Source: a bacterium (GTDB taxonomy: Bacteria; UBA9089; CG2-30-40-21; SBAY01). Taken from it: a stretch of DNA of 40,846 nucleotides. How positions within the stretch are numbered: the first letter of the stretch is position 1; each line of letters opens with the position of its first letter. The DNA is taken from positions 1 through 40,846 of the forward strand of contig JBFLYA010000006.1 of assembly GCA_040757115.1 (NCBI GenBank). The letters run 5' to 3'. Both the position numbers and the translations under genes were made by a program. This document shows positions 10,196 through 19,496 of the stretch, piece after piece. The notes beneath the pieces were generated by a model. That model was not told the DNA's origin. It ran no database searches and was given only the letters and a program-made list of their open reading frames with translations.

Positions 10196-10262
10196 AAATG
10201 GTAACTGGTAATTGGTAACTGATAACTGGTAATTAATTACCAATTACCAGTTACCATTTAAC
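10196..10262. repeat. perfect long palindrome of 'ggtaactgg/ccagttacc' units
   Basis: aatggtaactggtaattggtaactgataactggtaattaattaccaattaccagttaccattt is self-complementary. Related ggtaactgg runs occur at 2965-2990, 7340-7380 and 10905-10940. Confidence 0.6.
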
Positions 10263-10521
10263 CGATTACTTATTTTTAATTTCGTGAAGTCCTATTTGGT
10301 CAACGCTCTCGGATAAATTTGAGCGTTGATTTTATTAGTTTTCTCAAATCCACAGTTCTTCCTTCACCTCCATCTTTTTAAGTAGGAAGTGAGAAGTGAA
10401 AAGTGAGAAGTAAGAAAGTAAAAGGATAATTGATTAAACAGATTACATTTTTTGTAACCGTTCACCGCAGAGACACAGAGACGCAGAGAAGAAAATTAAA
10501 ATTTATGGACGATAGGCTTAA

Positions 10522-10633
10522 CATCCCTGATTTTCATCAGTGCAAGCTCCTGAGTCCAACAACATTAAACTTGCCCTGATGAAAATCAGGGATGGATTAA
10601 CAAATCTGGCTTGCCGGCTGAACATTCGGCAAG
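10522..10633. other. highly structured intergenic segment: 19-bp perfect stem with 35-nt loop, followed by an 8-bp GC stem
   Basis: catccctgattttcatcag (10522-10540) pairs perfectly with ctgatgaaaatcagggatg (10576-10594). It is followed by gcttgccg...cggcaagc (10601-10627). No ORF support. Confidence 0.4.
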
Positions 10634-10924
10634 CAGGTCATAAGTATTTCAATGGCTACACCAATAATCTTTTCTGTTATCTGATTTATTTCCATATCTT
10701 CTCTGTTCCTCTGCGTCTCTGCGGTAAATTACCACCTGAACGGTTACCATTTTTTATTGTAAGCGGATTGAACGGATTGAGCGGATTTTTTTATTTCTTT
10801 TTCCGCTAAATTCGTTAAATCCGCTTACTAAATCCACCCGCTTGCTATTAAAAATCTGCTTCCTTAATTTTCTACCTGCACAGGTCGAAAGTTTTCTTGC
10901 TAAATGGTAACTGATGAATGGTAA

Positions 10925-12715
10925 TTAAGTTCCAATTACTAGAGATTCCCGGAGTCGTTCACAAAGTGCGTCGTGTTCATCCCAGAGAGCCTGTGGCAGT
11001 CGGTCTCCAAACTGGTTAAAGAATTCTGCAATACTTCTGGTCTCTTCAAGCCAGTCCTGTGGATTTACCTCGAAGAGGTGGTCTATAATCTCCGAAGGCA
11101 GGTCAAGACCAGTCATATCAAGGCTTTCTGGAGTAGGGACATAACCAATAGGGGTCTTTTTGGCTGATGTTTTACCGTTACAGCGGTCAATAATCCATTC
11201 GAGAACACGCAGGTTTTCACCATAGCCTGGCCAGAGGAATTTACCATCGTCCATTCTAAACCAATTAACATGGAATATCTTTGGTGGCTTTGTCATCTGG
11301 CGTCCCATTTTAAGCCAGTGACCAAAATAATCAGCCATATTGTAACCACAAAAGGGCAACATAGCCATTGGGTCGCGGCGAACTTCTCCCTGCTTTCCAT
11401 ACTGAGCCGCAGTCCGTTCTGAAGCCATAGTTGCTCCCATATAAACTCCATGCTCCCAATCAAATGCCTCGTAGACTAATGGGGCTAAATGTGCCCGTCT
11501 TCCACCAAAGATAATAGCCGTGATTGGCACTCCATGATGATGTTCTAATCGGTGGCTGGCGGAAGGACAATTAGCGATGGGCACCGTAAAACGACTGTTA
11601 GGGTGAGCACCTTTAATCGCATTACCATCTTTATCAACCATCCCTGGTTTCCATGGTTTCCCTTGCCAGTCCATTCCTTCATCAGGAACTGGACCATCTC
11701 CATCTTCCCACCATACCGTTCCATCTGGTTTAAGAAGAACATTTGTATAAATGGTATCTTTTTGAATCATAGTCACTGCGTTTGGATTGGTTTGAGAATT
11801 AGTGCCAGGTGCGACGCCAAAAAATCCTGCTTCCGGATTAATTGCCCATAATGCCCCATCACTATCAATTCGCATCCAGGCAATATCATCACCTACAGTC
11901 CAGATTCTATAACCTTTTTTCTTTAATCCCTCTGGTGGAATAAGCATAGCCAGATTGGTCTTACCGCAGGCACTTGGAAATGCGGCGGCAATATATTCGA
12001 TATAGCCATTAGGTGACTCTATGCCCATAATTAACATATGTTCTGCCAGCCAGCCTTCTTTTTTCGCCAAATAACTGGCAATACGGAGGGCTAAACATTT
12101 TTTCCCGAGCAGGACATTTCCTCCGTATCCTGAGCCCACACTCCAGATAGTATTATCCTCCGGGAAATGTAAGATAAGTCGGCGATTAATATCCAGGTCA
12201 GCCTTAGAATGCAAACATCTGGTAAATTCTCCCCATTCTCCTAATTTATCAAGCACCGCTTTTCCCATTCTGGTCATAATCCGCATATTCAAGACAACAT
12301 AAATGCTGTCGGTTAATTCTACGCCTATCTTGCTGAAAGGAGACCCGACAGGACCCATTGAAAATGGCACGACATACATTGTTCGTCCAACCATCGAGCC
12401 ATTAAATATCTCACCAGCTTTTTTATAAGCCTCCTCTGGCGGCAGCCAGTTGTTAGTTGGTCCTGCCTCTTCCTTTGAGGATGTGCAAATATAGGTCAGG
12501 TTTTCTGTTCGAGCAACATCATTAAGGGCGGTGCGGTGGTAAAAACAGCCTGGTAATTTTTCCTGGTTCAGTTCAATTAATTCACCAGTCTTAATGGCTT
12601 CTTTTGTCAGGCGATGTTTTTCTTCCTCAGACCCATCGCACCAGTGAATACTATCTGGCTTACATAACCTTGCCATCTCATCAACCCAGGCAAGCAAAGC
12701 ACTATTGTTAGTCAT
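10925..12715 (-). CDS. pckG: phosphoenolpyruvate carboxykinase (GTP)
   Basis: 596 aa. GTP-PEPCK signatures include the kinase-1a P-loop AFPSACGKTNLAM, the CHSKADLD and GGRRA motifs, and a typical N-terminus. Confidence 0.93.
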   Translation of the reverse strand: MTNNSALLAWVDEMARLCKPDSIHWCDGSEEEKHRLTKEAIKTGELIELNQEKLPGCFYHRTALNDVARTENLTYICTSSKEEAGPTNNWLPPEEAYKKAGEIFNGSMVGRTMYVVPFSMGPVGSPFSKIGVELTDSIYVVLNMRIMTRMGKAVLDKLGEWGEFTRCLHSKADLDINRRLILHFPEDNTIWSVGSGYGGNVLLGKKCLALRIASYLAKKEGWLAEHMLIMGIESPNGYIEYIAAAFPSACGKTNLAMLIPPEGLKKKGYRIWTVGDDIAWMRIDSDGALWAINPEAGFFGVAPGTNSQTNPNAVTMIQKDTIYTNVLLKPDGTVWWEDGDGPVPDEGMDWQGKPWKPGMVDKDGNAIKGAHPNSRFTVPIANCPSASHRLEHHHGVPITAIIFGGRRAHLAPLVYEAFDWEHGVYMGATMASERTAAQYGKQGEVRRDPMAMLPFCGYNMADYFGHWLKMGRQMTKPPKIFHVNWFRMDDGKFLWPGYGENLRVLEWIIDRCNGKTSAKKTPIGYVPTPESLDMTGLDLPSEIIDHLFEVNPQDWLEETRSIAEFFNQFGDRLPQALWDEHDALCERLRESLVIGT

Positions 12716-12875
12716 AACTATTTTTCTCCTTACTTTTTGGTCATTGGTAATTAGTCACCAATTTTTAATTTCGGACATAATTAAAGTCTGTCTTTGGTTT
12801 TTAGTCTTTGGTCTTCTTATCCTCTCATTTTCATCCAATTCTCTAATCTCTAATTTGTTTAATTTACTAATTCGC

Positions 12876-13931
12876 TTAATTTTCCTCTAACATCTTCTTT
12901 ATCTTTTCCTTTCCAAGAAGTTTTATAAGATCTCTTTGTATTTTCTCTTCCCCAATGCTACGAATTACCTCTTTTTCCCCAATGCTACGAATTACCTCTT
13001 TTTCTCCAATGCTACGAATTACCTCTTTTTCCCCAATGCTACGAATTACCTTCTTTTCCCCAATGCTACGAATTACCTTCTCCTCTCCAATCCCTTGCAC
13101 AAATTTGTCAATCCCTACTATATCGACAAGCTCTCTCATTATATCTGGTCTATCTGCTAATGTCTTCGGCATCAATTTTACCTCCTCTTCTCCCAGACTC
13201 CGAAGTAACCTCTCCTTACCAATACCCTGGATAAACTTATCAACTCCAACTATATCTGCCAGTTCACCAATTATATCTGGTCTATCTGCTAATGTCTGTG
13301 GCATTAATTTCACCTCCTCCTTAAATTCATCAGGATGTAGATACAACCCTGTTTCTATTAACTCTACTAACTCTACCTCTAATATATCTTCCCTTTTACT
13401 ACCTATTCCCCTGGCTAATTCCCTAATGGATTCTCCTGAAGTAAAAAGAATTAGTCCATAGTTTTCAGGAGTCACCTCTAACCTATCCAGCTGGATTAAA
13501 TAAAAATTAAACCCAAAATCCGCAAAATAAAGCCCTTCCTTTATCTTTGCCAGTTTATGCCCATTACCACGAATATAATCCTCTATCCCCTTTATACCAC
13601 CGCTTAAAAGTGCATAAACATTTATTTGTCTTCGCCATTCTATATTCTTTTTTATCTTAAATAATAGCACATAAGCAAATAATCGGTCAAAATCATTCCG
13701 GGTGAATCTATCCCCAGGTGATTTATATTCAATAACATTATAATCAGTAAATGATTGGAAGACAAAAGGTAAGGATTTAACATCCGCATCCTTGCCCTTT
13801 TTAATGACCACAATATCTATCCTTAATGGCATTTTGCCAACTTCAACCTCAGTTTCAACCGTAAACCCTTTAGGTTCGAGTAGATGTTTTAATACATTTG
13901 AGAAATACGGATGCCATTTCTTCTTCATCAT
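12876..13931 (-). CDS. PD-(D/E)xK nuclease-family (Rpn/TIGR01784-like putative transposase/invertase) protein with C-terminal tandem peptide repeats
   Basis: N-terminal core RIDIVVI ... VIEYKS supplies D...E-x-K in the expected order and spacing. The C-terminus carries 2 x 39-aa (EEVKLMPxTLADRPDI..EL.DIVG.DKF.QGIG.E) and 6 x 9-aa (V/I)IRSIGEKE repeats. Confidence 0.5.
   Translation of the reverse strand: MMKKKWHPYFSNVLKHLLEPKGFTVETEVEVGKMPLRIDIVVIKKGKDADVKSLPFVFQSFTDYNVIEYKSPGDRFTRNDFDRLFAYVLLFKIKKNIEWRRQINVYALLSGGIKGIEDYIRGNGHKLAKIKEGLYFADFGFNFYLIQLDRLEVTPENYGLILFTSGESIRELARGIGSKREDILEVELVELIETGLYLHPDEFKEEVKLMPQTLADRPDIIGELADIVGVDKFIQGIGKERLLRSLGEEEVKLMPKTLADRPDIMRELVDIVGIDKFVQGIGEEKVIRSIGEKKVIRSIGEKEVIRSIGEKEVIRSIGEKEVIRSIGEEKIQRDLIKLLGKEKIKKMLEEN
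12936..13100. repeat. 27-bp perfect/near-perfect tandem repeat x6 (within CDS; encodes IRSIGEKEV x6)
   Basis: ccccaatgctacgaattacctcttttt(c/t) repeated head-to-tail. It also creates an artefactual 168-aa ORF on the opposite strand. Confidence 0.8.
13101..13335. repeat. ~117-bp direct repeat x2 within the same CDS
   Basis: atatctggtctatctgctaatgtct(t/g)(c/t)ggcat(c/t)aatttcacctcctc and flanking sequence occur twice. Confidence 0.65.
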
Positions 13932-14115
13932 CTATAAGTATATACTAAACTTCTATCTTTGTCAATAAATTTTTAGCAGGTTTTTAAATTGACAGGATGC
14001 AGGAATGACACAAAGAACGCAGGAATGACAAATAAAGCAAAAATTCTCATTTTGCAGAAGTCTTTCACACCAACTAAACGATTACTATTGTAGCAGACCA
14101 GTAGATTTTTGATTC

Positions 14116-15669
14116 TTATCTCTTGATCAAGAAACTCCTTTTCTCTTCGATAGATTTCTTCTCTCCATAGCTAATCTCAAATATGGCAATATATTCACCG
14201 GGCTCAAGATTATGAGGTTGTAGTAAATCTATCTTGTGAGTTCCTTGAGGTAAGATTAATATCCCTTCAGGAAGTAATATTTCAGCCACTTTTTCTCCAT
14301 GTCTTTCCTGAACTACAACTTTACCCGTAGGTTGAAGGCTTACATTCCCAGCATTCGTAAGGTTGAATGACACCTTCAACTCCTTGAGATTTGGTAAGAT
14401 TTTTAAATCGTTAAGAATGAGATTCTCTTGCAAAGTATTGGGAATAATTATGCCAATGGGCACAATAGCCTCTCCTCGTTTATCGCCAGAAGAGGCAATA
14501 AACAAAATCGCTCCATATTTCCCTCCCCGTTCCTCTTTAGGTACGGAGATATTATATTTTACAACCTTTTGTTCATTAGCGGGAATAGTAAAGGATGAAG
14601 GATTCACTTTAAGGCAATTTACGCAGGAATATGAAGTAGTGCCTGGCTCTAAATAGATAATCCGTCCCTTCTCATCAATAAATGCATCTCTTAATTCTAC
14701 CCGGATATCAATAGGGATATTCTCGGTATTAAATAATTGGATTACTCTACTTCGAAACCCTTGTGGCATAACTTTCTCATTTGCTGCCGTAGGAAGTGTA
14801 TAGAAGCTGAGGTATTCTTCACTCTTTTCTTCACCTACTCCTTTGGCTAAGACACCATTCTTTACCATAACTGGAGTTTTGCTCATTAATATCTTTTTTC
14901 TACCATATTTTTCTTGACCATAAGGGATTTTAATCTCAGCGGTATAATTGCCATCAGGCAACTTCTGGTTAATTACTGCCTTAAAATCTCGTATATCCTC
15001 GGGAAACATAGTGTAAGTATCAGCAGTAATTGGAGTTTGGGTAATTATCCTTCCTCGACCACTCTTGATATATAATATTCCTTTATCTGGAACCAGACGA
15101 ATATTACCTTTATTCTCTACGGTTATGGTAAAGATTGTATTTTCTTTTTCTTTTGTCATATCCGTATTCAAGATATTGATTTTTTCTGTAAATCCTCTAA
15201 TTCCAACCGTCAGATAGACAATAGATGCTATTCGATAATGTGCCGTAATCCCACCTTTAGCCGTTTTCTCTGGTAGGGTTTCGCACATAATTGCGGCATA
15301 CCTTTCGCCAATTGGTGTTCCCCGTGGTATGGTGACTTTACATAAAATCTTCTTTTTCTCATCCTCTTTTATAATCATCTCACCCTCTGGTTGTAGTTTT
15401 ATCCATTTTGCGCATGAATATTTTGACATACCAGCTGGAGGATATCTAAACTCCCCATTTCTTTCAATAGTAATATCAGTGGGATATATTTTTACTTTTG
15501 CCTCTTTTTTATCTGAAATAAAGATGTTAATCTCAAATGTCCTTGATGTTCCTGGGGAACCTTTAATTTCAGTAGCAAATGGGTCAAAACCAAGTTTCCA
15601 GGCAAAAGATTCTTTCCCTCCTAAACTAATAATCAACAAAATAAGTATTGTAATCTTAATTCCTCTCAT
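14116..15669 (-). CDS. secreted protein with two internally duplicated ~240-aa β-sandwich-like modules (unknown function)
   Basis: N-terminal signal peptide (MRGIKITILILLIISLGG). The two halves share the pattern F.I..F.......V.IYP.D......G.......SC..W / YSCVNCLKVNP plus a charged hairpin. It is divergently arranged with the secretin gene. Confidence 0.55.
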   Translation of the reverse strand: MRGIKITILILLIISLGGKESFAWKLGFDPFATEIKGSPGTSRTFEINIFISDKKEAKVKIYPTDITIERNGEFRYPPAGMSKYSCAKWIKLQPEGEMIIKEDEKKKILCKVTIPRGTPIGERYAAIMCETLPEKTAKGGITAHYRIASIVYLTVGIRGFTEKINILNTDMTKEKENTIFTITVENKGNIRLVPDKGILYIKSGRGRIITQTPITADTYTMFPEDIRDFKAVINQKLPDGNYTAEIKIPYGQEKYGRKKILMSKTPVMVKNGVLAKGVGEEKSEEYLSFYTLPTAANEKVMPQGFRSRVIQLFNTENIPIDIRVELRDAFIDEKGRIIYLEPGTTSYSCVNCLKVNPSSFTIPANEQKVVKYNISVPKEERGGKYGAILFIASSGDKRGEAIVPIGIIIPNTLQENLILNDLKILPNLKELKVSFNLTNAGNVSLQPTGKVVVQERHGEKVAEILLPEGILILPQGTHKIDLLQPHNLEPGEYIAIFEISYGEKKSIEEKRSFLIKR

Positions 15670-15845
15670 CTTCTTTAATAACCTCCTTTGGAATTAGAAA
15701 GTAGAGAGTAAAGAAAACAAGCCTCTTCCCTCTCTCTACTACCAATATATCATAATTCATTATGTTCTGTCAACAAAATTTTCAGAGAAAGGGGCAAAGA
15801 ATTTTGTTGACAAACATTAAAACTTAATGATATTATAGTAGCATA

Positions 15846-17714
15846 ATGAAATATAAAAAGGTGATTTTTGGGGGAATTGCTATCTTTTTAACTATAGTGA
15901 ATAACTCTTATCCTGCCACAGTTTCTACATCCTCACTCCTTAGAAATGGTGATTTTAGTGCGGGACTTGATTTGTGGGAAGAACTACGGCAGGGGAAGGC
16001 AAATATTATGACTATTAATATTGTTAAAGATAGCCCAAAGTATCCACATGTTCTTCAATTTAAAAGAAAAATAGCCAGAAAAACCATAGGTAAATTAGGG
16101 ATTAAACAGGATATAAATAGAGAGGTTGCTACTGTATCTACATCACTTTTTATCAAAACAGATGTAAAGGTAATTCACTCTTCACTTATGAGTGATACCC
16201 TTCTCAAAGGTGGGATTTACCCACTTACTCTGGAAATAGAGTATTTGGATGAACAGGGAAAAATCTACTTGTGGAAGCATGGCTTCTTATATTCCACACC
16301 CAGATATAAAGATAAAGGAGAAATGGTAAAACGGAATGAATGGCACTCATATACTTCTGAAAACCTACTTTCATTAACTCCAAAGCCAAAGATAATCACT
16401 CAGATAAAGGTCTATGGTGAAGGTTGGGAATTCTGGGCAAGGATAGCAAATCTTCAACTACTTGAAGAAAGACTATCAGTAGCCGAAGAATTAGTTACAG
16501 AGCAAAAGGAAGGCGATGAAGGAACCTCCCCCTTAATCCCTCTCCAGAAGGAGATAATTGTGGGGAGTTCGAGTCAAGAAGAAATTAAGAAAGAGGAAAA
16601 ATCTGCACTTGCGTCTGAAGAGAAAGAACCACTAATTACCAATACCTTTGTTGATACTGATATAAGGCAAGCACTTCAAGATATAGCTTCACAGGCGCAG
16701 GTTACTATTATTGCAGACGAGAGTGTTCAAGGAGTAGTATCTATGGAGTTAGATAATCTACCGTTAGAAAAGGCGCTTAAAAGAATCCTTACCCCTTCGG
16801 GATATCTTTTTAAAAAAATAGAAGATTATTACCTGGTTACCTCGTCTGACCCTACTACCCCGACATTCCTTCTATTATCTACAGTTGAACGAATTAAACC
16901 CAGTTACTTAAAAGTAGATTCCATATCTAATCTCCTACCAGCTAATTATGCTAAATATATCAAAACAGATTCTGGCGAGAATATCCTTACTGTAACCGCA
17001 CCAGCAGAGATTATTGAAGAAATTAAGGAATATATAAAAAAGATTGACCTTGCACCTAAACAAATACTTGTAGAGGTGATGGTAACTGAATTATCCGAGC
17101 AAGCAAGAAGAAGTCTGGGAATAGATTGGTCTTTCCAGGAGGGAAAGACTAAAGTTACACTTCTACCTACTACACTGGAGTTAAAAGGGAATTATCTAAG
17201 TGTTGGAGTATCCTCAGAAGCTATGGCTACCATAAAGATATTAGCTGAGAAAGGAAAAGCAAAGATTAGAGCTACTCCGCGAATACTTACTATAAATGGC
17301 AAAACAGCTAATATCTATATGGGTAGGGAAGAATACTATTCCCTACCAGGAACTGCTTATCAACCCGCAAGTTTTAGTAAGGTATTAAGTGGAATTACCT
17401 TAAAAATTACCCCTTATATATGTAGTGATGATGAGATTACAGTTTCTATTGAACCTGATGTAAGTGATGTTACTGGAATAGGCAAGGAAGGTTATCCGGT
17501 TATCAGTAAGCGAACTGCAAATACTATGGTCAGGATGAAAAATGGCCAAACAATTACTATTGGTGGACTAATTCAACAAAAAGAGGAACATAATATCACC
17601 AAGATACCCGTGATAGGAAGTATACCTTTATTAGGATTCCTTTTCCGGAATACTCAAATTAAATCTGCAGAAACAGAAATAGTGATATTTATTACACCGC
17701 ATATCATTGATTAA
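15846..17714 (+). CDS. secretin-family outer-membrane channel (GspD/PilQ-type) with atypical CBM-like N-terminal domain
   Basis: C-terminal secretin domain: the GG motif with downstream P.IG..P.LG.LF ... E.VIFITPHII, which is the canonical secretin C-domain signature. A secretin-N/STN-like domain (FVDTDIRQALQDIASQAQVTII...LPLEKALKRIL) is present. The N-terminal ~200 aa begins NGDFSAGLDLWE, reminiscent of CBM4_9-type carbohydrate-binding modules, and is followed by an E/K/S-rich linker. Confidence 0.82.
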   Translation: MKYKKVIFGGIAIFLTIVNNSYPATVSTSSLLRNGDFSAGLDLWEELRQGKANIMTINIVKDSPKYPHVLQFKRKIARKTIGKLGIKQDINREVATVSTSLFIKTDVKVIHSSLMSDTLLKGGIYPLTLEIEYLDEQGKIYLWKHGFLYSTPRYKDKGEMVKRNEWHSYTSENLLSLTPKPKIITQIKVYGEGWEFWARIANLQLLEERLSVAEELVTEQKEGDEGTSPLIPLQKEIIVGSSSQEEIKKEEKSALASEEKEPLITNTFVDTDIRQALQDIASQAQVTIIADESVQGVVSMELDNLPLEKALKRILTPSGYLFKKIEDYYLVTSSDPTTPTFLLLSTVERIKPSYLKVDSISNLLPANYAKYIKTDSGENILTVTAPAEIIEEIKEYIKKIDLAPKQILVEVMVTELSEQARRSLGIDWSFQEGKTKVTLLPTTLELKGNYLSVGVSSEAMATIKILAEKGKAKIRATPRILTINGKTANIYMGREEYYSLPGTAYQPASFSKVLSGITLKITPYICSDDEITVSIEPDVSDVTGIGKEGYPVISKRTANTMVRMKNGQTITIGGLIQQKEEHNITKIPVIGSIPLLGFLFRNTQIKSAETEIVIFITPHIID

Positions 17715-17749
17715 TTACTTTACGAAGCCTCTGGGATAAAATATAGAGG

Positions 17750-18316
17750 AATGGTTAACCCTACAACGACATCTATGATTGATCCACAAATCAGGTGGTC
17801 TGGTGTCTGGGTGTCTAAGTGCCTGTGAGGTGGGTATGAGTGACGATAAGTATCGGCTGGATGATTTTGAGCTTTATCAACTGGCACGTAAGTTTCGACA
17901 AAATGTTTACAAGCTCATTAAACAGCTTCCATCTGAGGAGCGCTATTGTTTAGACCCGCAGATGAGAAAGGCGATTGTCTCAGTCACGAACAACATCGCA
18001 GAAGGACATGGACGTTGGCATTATCAGGAGAATATACGATTTTGCAGGATTGCAAGAGGTTCGGTTGAAGAAATTCTGGACGACATCAATGTTTGTATGG
18101 ATGAAGGCTACGGAGAGAAATCCGTAAGCGTTCAGCTCAGGAAGGAAGGTTACGAGCTAATTGCGAAAGTTAACAGTTATATTGGCTATCTACGTAGATG
18201 TAAGCAAGGAATGGAGGAAGAACAGTCTGGTGGTCAGACACCAGACACCTATCCCTCAGAGTATCTGAACGCTTACTAGCGGTAAAATTAGTAAATGACG
18301 TTGTAGGGTTAAATAA
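17750..18316. mobile_element. TIR-flanked, GC-elevated cassette carrying a four-helix-bundle (23S rRNA IVS-type) gene
   Basis: Imperfect TIRs ttaaccctacaacgacat (17755-17773) and atgacgttgtagggttaa (18297-18314). Inner inverted motifs ggtggtctggtgtctgg / ccagacaccagac. The enclosed gene is ~47% GC against ~35% in the flanks. Confidence 0.4.
17836..18279 (+). CDS. four-helix-bundle protein (TIGR02436; 23S rRNA intervening-sequence protein family)
   Basis: Y.LARKFRQNVYKLIKQLP..ERY.L..QMRKA..SV..NIAEG.GR....E...F..IARGS..E matches the family consensus. Start placed at MSDDKYRL. The ORF-track start at 17779 lies inside the left TIR. Confidence 0.82.
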   Translation: MSDDKYRLDDFELYQLARKFRQNVYKLIKQLPSEERYCLDPQMRKAIVSVTNNIAEGHGRWHYQENIRFCRIARGSVEEILDDINVCMDEGYGEKSVSVQLRKEGYELIAKVNSYIGYLRRCKQGMEEEQSGGQTPDTYPSEYLNAY

Positions 18317-18622
18317 GTTTTTGATTTTCGATTTTTGTCCAATCTAAACAGGTTAATACGCCATTTCACTAACCCATTACAAATTTGCTAAACTTTTTCC
18401 TTGACAATTTTATAGGTTAAATGGTATAATTATCTTACCTTAAAAAAATGGGAGGGAATATTATATGATGGAATTGAAATATATTTAAGTTTGGAACTTA
18501 AATCAGATAAAAAATACCTATAGGCTTAACATAACCGTATCCTTATTCTAATAAAAATCTCATAGTAGGAAATTCACCTTCTTTAAGAAGGACAAGATAT
18601 ATATAGAAGGGGAAAGATAAAA

Positions 18623-19279
18623 ATGTCTACTCCATTTGAGAAGGAAATTTACGATTATGAATTAGAGGCGGATATTTCTTTTGAAAGATTGGAAAAGGTA
18701 AAGCCTACAGAAGATGAGGATACAATTTTAATTAGAAAAAGTATTGAAGGTGATAATTCTGCTTTTGAGAAATTAGTGGGTCGATATGAAGCAAGGGTTT
18801 ATCACCTGATTTACAATATCTTAGAGAATAAAGAAGATGCAGAAGATTTATTACAAGAAACTTTCCTCAAGGTTTATCGATTTCTTTATCAGTTTAGAGG
18901 GGAAGCAAAATTTATTACCTATCTATATCGGATAGCAACAAATCTTTGCTTTCAAAAATTAAAGAAAAAAAAGACTTCCTATTCTCTCGATAACCTTTTA
19001 GAGGCTAATCTTAATGATGAGATGGTTGAATTAGTAAGTATGAAGTTGGGTAATCCTGAAGAAATACTTTTAAAAAAGGAACTTGGCTTAATAATAAATG
19101 AAGCTATTCAAAAATTACCTGAAAAATTCAGAGTAGTCTTTTTCCTCCGAGAAATAGAAAATTTTTCTAATAAACAAGTAAGTGAAATATTAGGTTATTC
19201 AATTGGAACTATAAAATCACAAATACATAGGATAAGGCGATTCTTACATAAGAAAATACTTCCTTATCTCACAATTTAA
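18623..19279 (+). CDS. RNA polymerase ECF-type sigma-70 factor
   Basis: Region 2 (AEDLLQETFLKVYRFLYQFRGEA.F.TYLYRIATN) and region 4 HTH (Q.VSEILGYSIGTIKSQIHR.RR.L). A ~45-aa N-terminal extension is present. Confidence 0.88.
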   Translation: MSTPFEKEIYDYELEADISFERLEKVKPTEDEDTILIRKSIEGDNSAFEKLVGRYEARVYHLIYNILENKEDAEDLLQETFLKVYRFLYQFRGEAKFITYLYRIATNLCFQKLKKKKTSYSLDNLLEANLNDEMVELVSMKLGNPEEILLKKELGLIINEAIQKLPEKFRVVFFLREIENFSNKQVSEILGYSIGTIKSQIHRIRRFLHKKILPYLTI

Positions 19280-19496
19280 TTTTAACCGTTGGGGTAGATA
19301 CCTAAACGCTTACTTTATTTTTTTAACGAATGTTCTCCTTTCCTGAATAAGCATTCATTAGTTGGAAAGGTTAAAGATAACTATAAGCACGACAATGTAA
19401 GTTTTTCTGTAACAGAAAATAGCGATGTAAAGACAAACATAAGGGTTTTTTAATATCAGTCTGGAATACCAAATTATAAGGGAGAACATTAAAATA

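Noticed and set aside
10540-10809. 89-aa ORF on + strand in the SPFH-pckG spacer
   Set aside because: It runs straight through hairpin/repeat sequence (ctgatgaaaatcaggg, tctgcgtctctgcgg), has no RBS and is low-complexity. It is more likely non-coding structured DNA.
12936-13100. Possible CRISPR array (27-bp repeats; also 42-bp repeats at 29781-29864 and 47-bp repeats at 32581-32706)
   Set aside because: The repeats are directly abutting with no unique spacers, are in-frame coding (first two) or too few and irregular (third). No cas genes are present.
12955-13461. 168-aa ORF (and 74-aa ORF at 12936-13160) on + strand
   Set aside because: It is generated by reading the 27-bp tandem repeat (MLRITSFSP x5) antisense to the Rpn-like gene, and is a repeat artefact.
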